The position numbers and the translations under genes were made by a program. The notes beneath the pieces are model-generated. The model had not been told where the DNA came from. It searched no databases and saw only the letters and a list, made by a program, of their open reading frames with translations. From an uncultured Clostridia bacterium (GTDB lineage: Bacteria > Bacillota > Clostridia > TANB77 > CAG-508): a DNA stretch of 64,000 bases. Positions within the stretch are counted from its first letter, which is position 1; each line of letters begins with the position of its first letter. Below, in pieces: positions 48,305 to 58,213 of this stretch. The stretch is taken from positions 4,173 through 68,172 of the forward strand of contig CANQXD010000003.1 of the NCBI GenBank assembly GCA_947627755.1. The letters are read 5' to 3'.

Positions 48305-48493
48305 TTAACTTTCTTCTTTTTCTATTTTTTTTGTTATTATCTTTAATGCTTTTGGTCTTTCCAAGATAATAGTATGTCCACAACCTAAGCATTTTAGTTT
48401 AAAATCTACACCAATTCTAGTAATTTCCCATAATTTACTTCCACAAGGATGCTGTTTTTTTGTTCGTACAATATCACCAATTTGATATTCCAT
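48305..48493 (-). CDS. DUF951 small protein (YyzM-like)
   Basis: MEYQIGDIVRTKKQHPCGSKLWEITRIGVDFKLKCLGCGHTIILERPK is the typical DUF951 pattern with a Cys4 cluster. Confidence 0.8.
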   Translation of the reverse strand: MEYQIGDIVRTKKQHPCGSKLWEITRIGVDFKLKCLGCGHTIILERPKALKIITKKIEKEES

Positions 48494-48586
48494 TTCACAT
48501 TCATCCCTTTCTTTATTTTTTACGTGTAAAAATTTTTTCTAATCATTGCATATACTTAATGAACATCAAAAATTTACTTCTTCCAC

Positions 48587-50239
48587 CTATTTATTAACAA
48601 ACAAGCTAAAACGCTTTTCTATTCTTTCTTTTCCTAATACTTGCATAATTTCATATAAATCTGGTGTATTACTTCTTGAGGTTAATGCTACTCTTAATAC
48701 TGTGCTAATGTCTCCTACGTGACCTGGCCATTTTTCTGGCTCTTGCTTATACTCTTTTACTTCTCTTGCAAAGCCAAGTTCTTCACTTAAGTTCTTTATT
48801 TTGTCAAACCAAGTTTGTTTGTCATCATTTTCATTATAATATTTTTCCATATATAATGTTAAAATATTTTTGATTAGCTCTTTGTCTGTTATTTTTTGGA
48901 ATTCATATTGTCTTTCTTTTTCTTCAAATTTATTATCATACATATATTCAATATTTTCTTTTACATCAGACCATTTTGCAATGTCTTTTCTAGGTTTTAC
49001 ATTTCCTCTTTCAATGCCAAATACTTTTAAAGCATATTCCTTATCTTGTAACATTTCTAATAATTCAGAATCATAATTTTTAGCCCAATTGTATGCTTCT
49101 TCATATATTTGTTCTGCTGTATATTTTGAAATTACTGTTTTTGAAATGTCTAAAATTTTTACAATATCGAATAAAGCTCCACTTACACTCATTTTATTTA
49201 ATTGTAATTCAAATTCGTCAATGCTAGCATTTGGATTTTGCTTTCTCCATGTTTCAAAATTTGAATTAGCAATATTAAGTAAGTATTCTACTACTGCCTC
49301 TTTTGGTACACCAATTTCAGTATAATAGCTTACTGCTGCTTCTGGGTCTTTACGTTTGCTAAGTTTACGTTTTCCACCATCATCTTCCTTCATAATTGGT
49401 GCAATGTGAGCATATTTTGGTGCTTTGAAGCCTAGCATTTGGAATAGTTGTAAATGAAGTGGTACAGAAGATAGCCATTCATCTCCACGAATTACGTGTG
49501 TTGTTCCCATTAAGTGGTCATCTACTGCATGTGCAAAGTGATAAGTTGGAAGACCATCTGCTTTAATAATAACAATGTCTTGGTCATTTTCTGGAAAATC
49601 TACATTGCCTTTAATGACGTCATGATGCTTTATTTTTCTATCTTCTCTTCCTTCTGATTTTAAACGAATAATGTATGGTTCTCCATTTTTTATTTTTTCT
49701 GCTGCTTCTTCTACTGTTAAATTTCTATATTTTGCCCAAACTCCATAATAGCCTGGTCTAATTTTTGCTGCTTCTTGCTTTGCTCTCATTTCTTCTAGTT
49801 CTTCTGGTGTTGCAAAACATGGATAGGCTTTTCCTTGTTCTAATAGGTATTTGGCATAAGATTGATAAATTTCTTTTCTTAATGATTGCTTATATGGTCC
49901 ATATTCTCCGATTTCTTCTGTTTCACTTGTCATTCCTTCATCTGGTGTTAAACCAAAATCTCTTAAAGATTCTATAATTCCTGTTACACCATTTTCTACT
50001 TCTCTTTTTTGGTCAGTATCTTCTACTCTTAAAAAGAATACACCATCAGTTTGTTTTGCCATTTTTCTAGCAATTACAACTTGATATAAAGAGCCTAAAT
50101 GAACAAATCCTGTTGGACTTGGTGCAAATCTGGTTACAATGGCTCCTTCTTTTAAATTTCTTGCTTTATATTTTTCTTCATAATAAGATATTTCCTTTGC
50201 ATTTGGAAATATTAAATTTGCTAATTCTTTATAATCCAT
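48587..50239 (-). CDS. gltX: glutamate--tRNA ligase (long clostridial form)
   Basis: VTRFAPSPTGFVHLGSLYQ (HIGH-like) and KLSKRK (KMSKS-like). Start set at the ATG at 50239 after GGGAGG. gatCAB in the window fits a non-discriminating enzyme. Confidence 0.9.
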   Translation of the reverse strand: MDYKELANLIFPNAKEISYYEEKYKARNLKEGAIVTRFAPSPTGFVHLGSLYQVVIARKMAKQTDGVFFLRVEDTDQKREVENGVTGIIESLRDFGLTPDEGMTSETEEIGEYGPYKQSLRKEIYQSYAKYLLEQGKAYPCFATPEELEEMRAKQEAAKIRPGYYGVWAKYRNLTVEEAAEKIKNGEPYIIRLKSEGREDRKIKHHDVIKGNVDFPENDQDIVIIKADGLPTYHFAHAVDDHLMGTTHVIRGDEWLSSVPLHLQLFQMLGFKAPKYAHIAPIMKEDDGGKRKLSKRKDPEAAVSYYTEIGVPKEAVVEYLLNIANSNFETWRKQNPNASIDEFELQLNKMSVSGALFDIVKILDISKTVISKYTAEQIYEEAYNWAKNYDSELLEMLQDKEYALKVFGIERGNVKPRKDIAKWSDVKENIEYMYDNKFEEKERQYEFQKITDKELIKNILTLYMEKYYNENDDKQTWFDKIKNLSEELGFAREVKEYKQEPEKWPGHVGDISTVLRVALTSRSNTPDLYEIMQVLGKERIEKRFSLFVNK

Positions 50240-50438
50240 TTTTTCATTTCCTCCCACGGCACAATTTTATTTTGAAATTTTATTTATAGATATTTTTATT
50301 TCCTATTCTCTTATTTTTTGCCTATTATATCAAAGTTTTTTGCGATTTACAAGACATTTTGATTGGAAATTTTAACTCGTCTTTAAAATTTCCAATGTGT
50401 ATAATTTTTATATTATTGGTATTTTTTTACAATTTTTG

Positions 50439-50467
50439 TTGATTTTTATGTAAAACAATGTTATAAT
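50439..50467 (+). promoter_or_regulatory. sigma-A-like promoter with extended -10
   Basis: TTGATT (50439-50444), 17-nt spacer, TGtTATAAT (50459-50467). Confidence 0.6.
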
Positions 50468-50500
50468 ATAGTTATCATTAAAATAGGAGGTTGCAAGAAC

Positions 50501-50641
50501 ATGCCGACAGAAACTACAAAAATTGCAGTAGAGGACAATGACATCGATGATGTTATCCGGGAACAGTTAACTCTAAACGGTTTTAACTCGGAGGCCGATA
50601 GTTTATCGGCAATGTACTCTTCTGCAACACAGACGCTCTAA
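50501..50641 (+). CDS. orphan acidic small protein (46 aa), or possibly a structured sRNA
   Basis: Not in the ORF track. My translation: MPTETTKIAVEDNDIDDVIREQLTLNGFNSEADSLSAMYSSATQTL. RBS TAGGAGG, own promoter and terminator, GC-richer than its flanks. Internal hairpin gccgata-gtt-tatcggc. Confidence 0.45.
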   Translation: MPTETTKIAVEDNDIDDVIREQLTLNGFNSEADSLSAMYSSATQTL

Positions 50642-50650
50642 ATCCAACCA

Positions 50651-50685
50651 AAAAGGCTTCCATAAATTGGGAAGCCTTTTTATTG
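50651..50685. terminator. bidirectional terminator (small ORF / RNase J)
   Basis: Stem aaaaggcttcc / ggaagcctttt with a 7-nt loop. Confidence 0.8.
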
Positions 50686-50728
50686 TATTAAAGAATTTTA
50701 TAAATAACTCTTGATATTATTATAGCAA

Positions 50729-52693
50729 TTATAGTGACATAATGATTGGAAGTATCATTGGGTTTCTTTTTGTTTTTTGGAATATATAGTCTCTTATATG
50801 GTCTTTTAAAGTTGATTTTATTGTAGACCAATCACGGATTCCTCTATTTTCTAACATTTGTACTTCTTCACGAATAAATCTTTTTACCTCATCCATTAAG
50901 TTTTCCGATTCTTTTACATAAACAAATCCCCTAGAAATAACATCTGGACCTGCTACAATTTCTCCGGTTGCTTGATCCATTGTCATAACTATAACTATAA
51001 GTCCATCTTGTGATAAGTGTTGTCTATCACGTAGTACTACATTTCCTACGTCTCCTACTCCGTATCCATCTACTAATATTTTACCAGATGGTACACTTCC
51101 TGTTTGCTTTGCTTCTTGTTCGTTCATTTCTATTATTCGTCCATTGGTACTCATAAAAATATTTTGTGGCTCTACTCCCATCATTTTAGCTGTTTCAGCG
51201 TGTGCCATTAGTTGCCTATATTCTCCGTGAACCGGAATGAAATATTTTGGTTTTGTTAAAGCAAATATTAATTTTTGTTCTTCTTGGCAAGCGTGTCCTG
51301 ATACGTGAATATCTGCAAGTGCACTATATACCACTTCTGCTCCTATTTGAAGTAAATCGTCAATTACTTTTGATACAGATTTTTCATTTCCTGGAATTGG
51401 ATTTGCAGATATAATTATTAAGTCATTTGGTGTAATAACAATTTTCTTATGCTCTCCTGCTGCCATTCTTGTTAGCGCAGACATTGTTTCTCCTTGACTA
51501 CCTGTAGTAATTATAACTAATTGCTCGTCTGTATAATTTTGAATCATATCTATATCTATAAATATATTTTCTGGTACATCTATATATCCTAAAGATTTTG
51601 CTGTTTCTATCATATTAATCATACTTCTGCCACATACTGCAATTTTTCTGCCGTTTGCAACTGCAGCATTTACAATTTGTTGAACACGATGCACATTAGA
51701 AGCAAAGGTAGCTACTACAATTCTTTTTTTACAATTAACAAATAGTTTGTCAAGTTCTTGCCCTACTGTTCTTTCTGACATAGTATAGCCTTTTCTTTCG
51801 CTATTGGTACTGTCTGATAATAATGCAAGTACACCTTTACTACCAATTTCAGCGAGACGGTTAAAGTCTGTAATTTCACTGTTAATTGGTGTATAATCAA
51901 TTTTAAAGTCTCCTGTGTGAAGTACTGTTCCTACTGGTGTATAAATAGCAAGCATAACAGCATCTGGAATACTATGGCAACTGCGAATAAATTCTACTTT
52001 CATTTTTCCAAAGTGAATGGTTTGCCCTGCCTCTACTTCATACATTTTTGTACTTCTTAATAGTTTATGTTCTTCTAATTTATTCTTTATTAAACCTAAA
52101 GTTAGTCTTGTTCCATAAATTGGTACATTGATTTGTTTTAAAATATAAGGAATAGCTCCTATATGGTCTTCATGACCGTGGGTAATGACGAAGCCTTTTA
52201 TTTTGTCCTTATTTCTTTCTAAGTAGGTTACATCTGGAATTACTAAATCAACTCCTAACATATCATCTGTTGGAAATTCTAGTCCACAATCTACTACAAT
52301 AATTTCATCCTCATATTCAAAAATGGTCATATTGTTTCCAATTTCCTCTAAGCCACCTAAAGGAATAATTTTTAAATTGGATTTTTTTAATTCAAAATTT
52401 TGTTTTTTACTATAATTTTTTCTTTTTTCTATAGTATTTGTGTCTACTTGCTCTCTTTTTGTTTCTTTCCTTTTCTTTGGTACTTGTTGATCTTTTTCTC
52501 TCTTCGCTATTGTTTCTTGTTTGTTTGTTTCTCTCCTTAATCTAGCTACTTGCTCATTACTTTCTTTTTTGTCTAACTTTGATTCTTTCCTATCTTGCCT
52601 TTCCAAATTTTTTTCTATTTTTTCTTGTACTCTTGTATTAGGTTTATAAGTCCTTCTTGCCCTTTGTTGATTCTCTTTTCTTTCTTCTGTCAT
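50729..52693 (-). CDS. rnj: ribonuclease J with a ~100-aa basic/acidic N-terminal extension
   Basis: Metallo-beta-lactamase motif ITHGHEDHIGAIP, beta-CASP and C-terminal domains. The first ~100 residues are a Lys/Arg/Glu/Gln-rich low-complexity extension. Confidence 0.93.
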   Translation of the reverse strand: MTEERKENQQRARRTYKPNTRVQEKIEKNLERQDRKESKLDKKESNEQVARLRRETNKQETIAKREKDQQVPKKRKETKREQVDTNTIEKRKNYSKKQNFELKKSNLKIIPLGGLEEIGNNMTIFEYEDEIIVVDCGLEFPTDDMLGVDLVIPDVTYLERNKDKIKGFVITHGHEDHIGAIPYILKQINVPIYGTRLTLGLIKNKLEEHKLLRSTKMYEVEAGQTIHFGKMKVEFIRSCHSIPDAVMLAIYTPVGTVLHTGDFKIDYTPINSEITDFNRLAEIGSKGVLALLSDSTNSERKGYTMSERTVGQELDKLFVNCKKRIVVATFASNVHRVQQIVNAAVANGRKIAVCGRSMINMIETAKSLGYIDVPENIFIDIDMIQNYTDEQLVIITTGSQGETMSALTRMAAGEHKKIVITPNDLIIISANPIPGNEKSVSKVIDDLLQIGAEVVYSALADIHVSGHACQEEQKLIFALTKPKYFIPVHGEYRQLMAHAETAKMMGVEPQNIFMSTNGRIIEMNEQEAKQTGSVPSGKILVDGYGVGDVGNVVLRDRQHLSQDGLIVIVMTMDQATGEIVAGPDVISRGFVYVKESENLMDEVKRFIREEVQMLENRGIRDWSTIKSTLKDHIRDYIFQKTKRNPMILPIIMSL

Positions 52694-53040
52694 CTTTTTT
52701 CTCTCCTTCTTTTCTCTTTTTTATTTACGCATTTAAATTTATTTTTACTATAACAAAACGAAAAAAAATAGTTGTAAAAAACTATTTTGATTCTAAACGA
52801 TAAAATATTTTGGCACTTTTAATTTAGTAGAAAATCTTTTCTACCTTCTTTTGTTCTCTTTATTTTTATATTTTGTTTCGAATCTCATTTTTTGTTTGAT
52901 TGACTTTAGCAACGTTTTTCAATCTCTTATAAATTTAAATCTCTTCTTTACCATATATGGTAACCATTGTTTTGTATTTTATCATATTTTTTCTTTATTG
53001 TCAAATTTGTCTCAAAAATAATAGTGTAAAGTATAAAAAT

Positions 53041-53079
53041 AAAAATTAGGAAAGATTTAAATACATTCAAAATCTTTCC
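53041..53079 (-). terminator. rho-independent terminator of the type IV pilus operon
   Basis: 10-bp stem ggaaagattt / aaatctttcc (53049-53058 / 53070-53079). On the minus strand it is followed by TAATTTTT. Confidence 0.75.
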
Positions 53080-53102
53080 CAATTATTTTCACTTATTTTT
53101 TT

Positions 53103-54452
53103 CTACACTCCTGCTGCTGAGAATAAGAAGTTACCCATATATACTTCTAGTAATGGAACTAATACAACTAATACGAAGAAGATAATAAACACACCTACAA
53201 TAGAGTACATTAATTGTGGCATTACTTTCATTATTTTTTCTAGTGCATTGTTAATGTCCATTTCCATATATTCTACTAATTTTTGCATCATTTCAGATAA
53301 GTCTGTTTGCATACCTATCTTTAACATTTCCGTTATCATTGGAGAAGTTAGACCTGACCTTTCAAATGGTTCTATCCATGATTGTCCAATTAAAATATTG
53401 TTGATTGCTGTTTCTGTCATAGATAGAAATACATAATTGTGTACTACGTTTTTACTTACTTCTATAGCATCTTGAATTCTCATTCCATTGTCTAAGTTTA
53501 ATAACATTGCTTTAATAAATCTAGAAAAGTCTAAACTATAAATTAACTTTCCAAAGATTGGCATTGTATATTTAAAATAATGAAAATTATATTTTCCCTT
53601 TGGTGTATTGATATAGAATATAATACCAACTACAATACCTAAAATGATAAAGGTCGGAATATACCAGTGTTCAAGCAATGCTATAATGAAGGATTGGAAA
53701 GCTAATGTAATAGGATTGATTTCATCTTTACTTCCTACTGCATCATACACTCTTTGAATTGCAGGTACTGCAACTAATGTTCCTACTACTAGCATAATAA
53801 TTAATCCTATTAATTGTAATACACTTGGAATAACAATTTTCTTTACTTTGCTAGTGATATCATTTGAATTATCTAAATATCGAACAGCTTGTTGTAAAGA
53901 TTTTGTAAGAGATCCTGACAATTCTCCTACTTTTATCATATTAATATAAATATATGGAAAAACATTAGAATAGTATTCCATTGTTGTATACATATAGTCT
54001 CCACCCTGTACTCCAGCTAGAATATCCTCTAAAATTCCACGTAAAGACAAGTTTTCTGTACTTTCTATAATGGTACTTAAAGCATGAATATTATTAAAAT
54101 TTGCCTTTTTTAATAAGTAAAAGTTTTGTGTAAAAACAACTAAATCACGATTTGTAATTTGCTCTGTTGCTGCTAATTTTAAATTGACCTTTTCTACCCA
54201 TGAGATTTCTTTTTTGGCTGTTCCGTTTAAAATAGCACTAGAGTTTGCTGTTTGCATAATTTCATCCATATTGCTAACATTTTTCTTTTTCTTCTTCACG
54301 CCTTTGCCCATATATCCAACTTGTACTACTTGAATAGGCATTAAGCCATTATTTTTAAGTCTTTTAATTAAGGACTGCTTGCTAGTATCTTCTACTTTGT
54401 TTTTTACTACTAATCCTTTATCTGTTACAGCTTTATACACATATTCTGCCAT
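53103..54452 (-). CDS. pilC: type IV pilus platform protein (GspF/PilC family)
   Basis: 449-aa polytopic protein with two T2SS-F-like repeats (FPYIYINMIKVGELSGSLTKSLQQAVRYLD; SPMITEMLKIGMQTDLSEMMQKLVEY). Last gene of the pil cluster. Confidence 0.85.
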   Translation of the reverse strand: MAEYVYKAVTDKGLVVKNKVEDTSKQSLIKRLKNNGLMPIQVVQVGYMGKGVKKKKKNVSNMDEIMQTANSSAILNGTAKKEISWVEKVNLKLAATEQITNRDLVVFTQNFYLLKKANFNNIHALSTIIESTENLSLRGILEDILAGVQGGDYMYTTMEYYSNVFPYIYINMIKVGELSGSLTKSLQQAVRYLDNSNDITSKVKKIVIPSVLQLIGLIIMLVVGTLVAVPAIQRVYDAVGSKDEINPITLAFQSFIIALLEHWYIPTFIILGIVVGIIFYINTPKGKYNFHYFKYTMPIFGKLIYSLDFSRFIKAMLLNLDNGMRIQDAIEVSKNVVHNYVFLSMTETAINNILIGQSWIEPFERSGLTSPMITEMLKIGMQTDLSEMMQKLVEYMEMDINNALEKIMKVMPQLMYSIVGVFIIFFVLVVLVPLLEVYMGNFLFSAAGV

Positions 54453-54489
54453 TTTTTATTCTTTCCTCCTTCCTAATTTATATTTTCTA

Positions 54490-55602
54490 TTAATTTGATA
54501 TTTGTGATTGTTTCTTTATTTTTAATTGCATAATCGTTCTATTTAAAATTTCTATATTTTTTTCTTCTATTTGCGCTTTAGCTTGATCTAATGTAATTTT
54601 GTCATCTACAAATAACTCTGCAATAGAATTTATTAAACCGATACTTCCTTTTTCTAAATTACTTTGAATTGCATCTTCTATTTCAGATACACTAATTTTA
54701 TCTTTTCTAATAATTCCTGAAACGATATTATCTACTACCATAACTTCTGGTACTAATACTAATTTTCCATTTTTTCCTTTTAATAGTCTTTGTGAAACAA
54801 CAAGTTTTAGTAAAGAAGAAATAACATATTTAACACTTGGTTGGTCACTAATGTCGTAAAAGTTAATCATTCTATCGATAGTTTCTGCACAAGATTTAGT
54901 ATGCAACGTTCCTATTACTAAGTGACCTGATTCTGCTGTTTCAATTGCAGCATCCATAGTTTCTCTATCACGAATCTCTCCTACTACTACAATATCGCAG
55001 TCTTCTCTTAAAGAGTTTTTTACACCATCACTATAGCATAAACAATCTCTTCCTGCTCCTACTTCCTTTTGAATAATAATGGATTTTTTTGAAGTGTGTT
55101 TATATTCTACTGGACTTTCTAATGTTAATATTTTTTTGTTTTGATTCTCATTAATATCATTAATTAACGCATTTAATGTAGTTGTTTTTCCTGAGTTTGT
55201 TTTTCCTGTTACTAAAATTAAGCCTTGTGGTTGATAAGTCATTCTTCTTACTATATCTGGTACTCCTAAATCTTCATATTTAGGAAGTTCATTTTTAATT
55301 AAACGCAAGGTGAAAGTAGGAATTTCATCTGCATAAGATACATTTACCCTTAAGCGGATATCTTCAAATTCAAAAGAAGTATCCAATTTTTTGGTCTTTT
55401 TAAAGGTTTCATCTTTTTCTAAGTTTCCTCTTACAAAATAATCGTAAATTTCGGTTAAATCTTCTTCTGTTAATTCCTCATATTCTTCTATTGGTATTAA
55501 ATCTCTTGCAATTCTTAACATTGGCTTTAATCCGAAAATTAAGTGAACATCTGAGGCATCTTTTTCTTTTGCTATTTTTAAAACCTTATCTATATTTATC
55601 AT
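54490..55602 (-). CDS. pilT: type IV pilus retraction ATPase (PilT family)
   Basis: ASDVHL N-terminal motif, Walker A GKTNSGKTTT, Asp box/Walker B (CDIVVVGEIRD) and His box (GHLVIGTLHT). 370 aa. Confidence 0.9.
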   Translation of the reverse strand: MINIDKVLKIAKEKDASDVHLIFGLKPMLRIARDLIPIEEYEELTEEDLTEIYDYFVRGNLEKDETFKKTKKLDTSFEFEDIRLRVNVSYADEIPTFTLRLIKNELPKYEDLGVPDIVRRMTYQPQGLILVTGKTNSGKTTTLNALINDINENQNKKILTLESPVEYKHTSKKSIIIQKEVGAGRDCLCYSDGVKNSLREDCDIVVVGEIRDRETMDAAIETAESGHLVIGTLHTKSCAETIDRMINFYDISDQPSVKYVISSLLKLVVSQRLLKGKNGKLVLVPEVMVVDNIVSGIIRKDKISVSEIEDAIQSNLEKGSIGLINSIAELFVDDKITLDQAKAQIEEKNIEILNRTIMQLKIKKQSQISN

Positions 55603-55627
55603 CTGTAAATTTCCCCTTCCATTTTAT

Positions 55628-57256
55628 TTAAAAAATAACTAATTTTTTGTTTAGCTCTTGTAAAGTTGTTATTCCTGCTAATACTTTGTTTAATCCATCA
55701 ACAACAAGTGGTCTATAATTTCCTTCTAATGCCTTATTTCTAATTTCTATACTAGAAGCATTATCTACTATTAATTGCTTAATAGTATCATCAATTACTA
55801 ATATCTCATAGATAGCAATTCTATCATAGTAGCCAGTATGGTGGCATCTTTCACAACCTATTGTTTCATAAGTTGTTTTATCTGTAAAATCTAATGTAGT
55901 ATGATATTGTTCTGCAATATGATTCATTATATCTTTTTCTTCTTCATTGAATTCTCTTTTTTTACTACAATATGGACATACTTTTCTTACTAGACGTTGC
56001 GAAATTGAAGTTGCAAGTGTACTTGCTATGTCGTAGTTTGAAATTCCCATTTTTCTTAATCTTGTAATAACTTCTACACTGTTAATTGTATGTATAGTGG
56101 ATAATACGTAATGTCCAGTTTGTCCAGATTGCATTGCAATTTCTGCCGTTTCTTTATCACGAATTTCTCCTACTAGAATAATATCTGGATCTTGTCTTAA
56201 AACTGTTCTTAAAGAATCAGAGAAAGAAGTCTTTGTATCAATTTCTACTTGATTTAAGCCTGGAATACGAATTTCAACTGGGTCTTCAATTGTGGTAATA
56301 TTAATACTTGGCTTGTTTAACATATCTACAACGCTATATAATGTTGTTGTTTTTCCTTCTCCTGTAGGTGCCGCAATAATAGTAATACTATTTTTCTTAT
56401 CAAAGCTATCTTTTAGTAATTTTTCATCTTTTGGGAAACCTAAATCAAAAATTTTCTTGATTCCAGCATTCTTTTTTAATAATCTTAATACAAATTTTTC
56501 TCCATATACATTTTTTTGTGAAGATACACGAATGTTATAGTCTGGATACTCTAAAATTCTACCATCTTGTGATTCTTGTTTTTCTTGGTGCATATTTGAA
56601 ATAGCTTTTAACCTTCCTATAATTTGTGGTTGTTTTTCTTGTTCTATTTCTACTGCTGTAATAAGTTCTCCGTCTATACGATAGCGAATTCTTAATTTAT
56701 CTTCCATTGGTTCAAAGTGAATATCACTGGCTCTTTTTTCCATAGCCGTTTTAATTATACTATCTACTAATCCTGTAATATCTCGATTTGTATCAATGTT
56801 TTCTGAAACCACTCCTTCTAAAGAGTTTAATATTTCATCTATATTACTTTCAAATGTAATATATTTATCCATAACAAGCCCTTTATTTAATAATAAAAGT
56901 CTTATAGTATCTACTGTTCTTGGCTTAGTAGTATCAGCAAAACATACCTTTACTTTTCCAGCCTCTATATCAAATGGAATTGCTTTATTCTTTTTTGCAA
57001 TATCTAAAGATATATAATCTGAGACCTCAATACGAATATCATTTTCAGTTAATAATATTGTTTTTTCTCCTAAAATATCTCCTAATGCTGATATTAAGGC
57101 ATTATCATTACATAAATGCAAAATATGTAAAATATCTCCTAATTTTTTTTCAGGATGTTCTCTTTGGTATTCTAAGGCTGATTGAATATCCTCTTCACTA
57201 ATAATTCTTCTTTTTGCAAGTTCTATTCCAATTGGTTGTGTTTGTTTTAGTGCCAT
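55628..57256 (-). CDS. pilB: type IV pilus assembly ATPase (PilB/GspE family)
   Basis: Walker A APTGEGKTTT, PDIILVGEIRD, GHYVLSTIHT and a tetracysteine motif (CPYC...CERC). Confidence 0.92.
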   Translation of the reverse strand: MALKQTQPIGIELAKRRIISEEDIQSALEYQREHPEKKLGDILHILHLCNDNALISALGDILGEKTILLTENDIRIEVSDYISLDIAKKNKAIPFDIEAGKVKVCFADTTKPRTVDTIRLLLLNKGLVMDKYITFESNIDEILNSLEGVVSENIDTNRDITGLVDSIIKTAMEKRASDIHFEPMEDKLRIRYRIDGELITAVEIEQEKQPQIIGRLKAISNMHQEKQESQDGRILEYPDYNIRVSSQKNVYGEKFVLRLLKKNAGIKKIFDLGFPKDEKLLKDSFDKKNSITIIAAPTGEGKTTTLYSVVDMLNKPSINITTIEDPVEIRIPGLNQVEIDTKTSFSDSLRTVLRQDPDIILVGEIRDKETAEIAMQSGQTGHYVLSTIHTINSVEVITRLRKMGISNYDIASTLATSISQRLVRKVCPYCSKKREFNEEEKDIMNHIAEQYHTTLDFTDKTTYETIGCERCHHTGYYDRIAIYEILVIDDTIKQLIVDNASSIEIRNKALEGNYRPLVVDGLNKVLAGITTLQELNKKLVIF

Positions 57257-57342
57257 ATCATCTTCTCCCTTCTTTTGTACTCTATCTCTATTATACTATA
57301 CTTTTTATTATTTCTATAGCATTTTTAACAAATTACATAAAA

Positions 57343-57786
57343 TTACCAATATCGTAGTACATATTCATTTTTAACTTCAAAAAGTTTTGAGCTTTTAATT
57401 GCCATCTGTACTTGTATTAAATTTTTGGTAATATTATTTTGTTTTTGCTCTGTTTTTGTAAATTTACAATAAGCAATGTTATTGCATATCTTTACCTTGT
57501 TACGATAAATACTATTATCTGGAGCTTCATAATAAGTATATATTGTACCATCTTCAAAAATAATCTGATGATTTGTTACTTCATAAGTATTGTTGTTGTT
57601 TTTTACATCTTCAATAAAATACATATTGAATTTATTAAATTCTGATATATATTTTCCACTCTCAGTAATATATTTTGTATTACTAAAAAACATATCACTT
57701 ATCACTGCTAGCATTGAAATAGCAAATGTTAGCAATATCATATATATAATTAAAGAGGTTAATGTGATTCCTTTTTCTTGTTTCAC
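57343..57786 (-). CDS. minor pilin-like protein (non-canonical prepilin)
   Basis: MKQEKG|ITLTSLIIYMILLTFAISMLAVI: short basic leader ending in Gly, then a ~22-aa hydrophobic helix. Ser at +5. Confidence 0.7.
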   Translation of the reverse strand: MKQEKGITLTSLIIYMILLTFAISMLAVISDMFFSNTKYITESGKYISEFNKFNMYFIEDVKNNNNTYEVTNHQIIFEDGTIYTYYEAPDNSIYRNKVKICNNIAYCKFTKTEQKQNNITKNLIQVQMAIKSSKLFEVKNEYVLRYW

Positions 57787-57801
57787 TAAAAGTCTCCTTT
57801 T

Positions 57802-58212
57802 CTACGCTTCTTTTATTTTTAATTTTCGTATCGTATAGTTCTTAGTTTGTCCTAAAAATTCGTAATCAATGGTTATAGTAAGAATTTTTATAATATCTTG
57901 CTTACTACTATCGTTTTGATTATATTTTTCTACTTTTATATTTGCATTCATACTTTCTGGTAATTCATACATAGCACTAATATTTTCATTTAAAGTTTCT
58001 GTTACTTCTTCATATTGCATTTTGTCTGTACTTTCTGCTATTTTTACAGCATAATGAACTGCCATTGCGTTCATTCTAATTTCTGCTGTATAGGATGCAA
58101 TTTGATAATATAAGGTACCTATTGTTCCTACAAACAAGCTTAAAATCAACATAGCAATAACAACATCTGCAATTGATATTCCTTTATTTTCTTTCCACTT
58201 TATTAATTTCAT
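57802..58212 (-). CDS. minor pilin-like protein (non-canonical prepilin, Asp at +5)
   Basis: Start set at the ATG at 58212 (MKLIKWKENKG|ISIADVVIAMLILSLFVGTIG) after AGGTGG. Abuts the pilD stop. Confidence 0.7.
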   Translation of the reverse strand: MKLIKWKENKGISIADVVIAMLILSLFVGTIGTLYYQIASYTAEIRMNAMAVHYAVKIAESTDKMQYEEVTETLNENISAMYELPESMNANIKVEKYNQNDSSKQDIIKILTITIDYEFLGQTKNYTIRKLKIKEA

Positions 58213-58213
58213 T

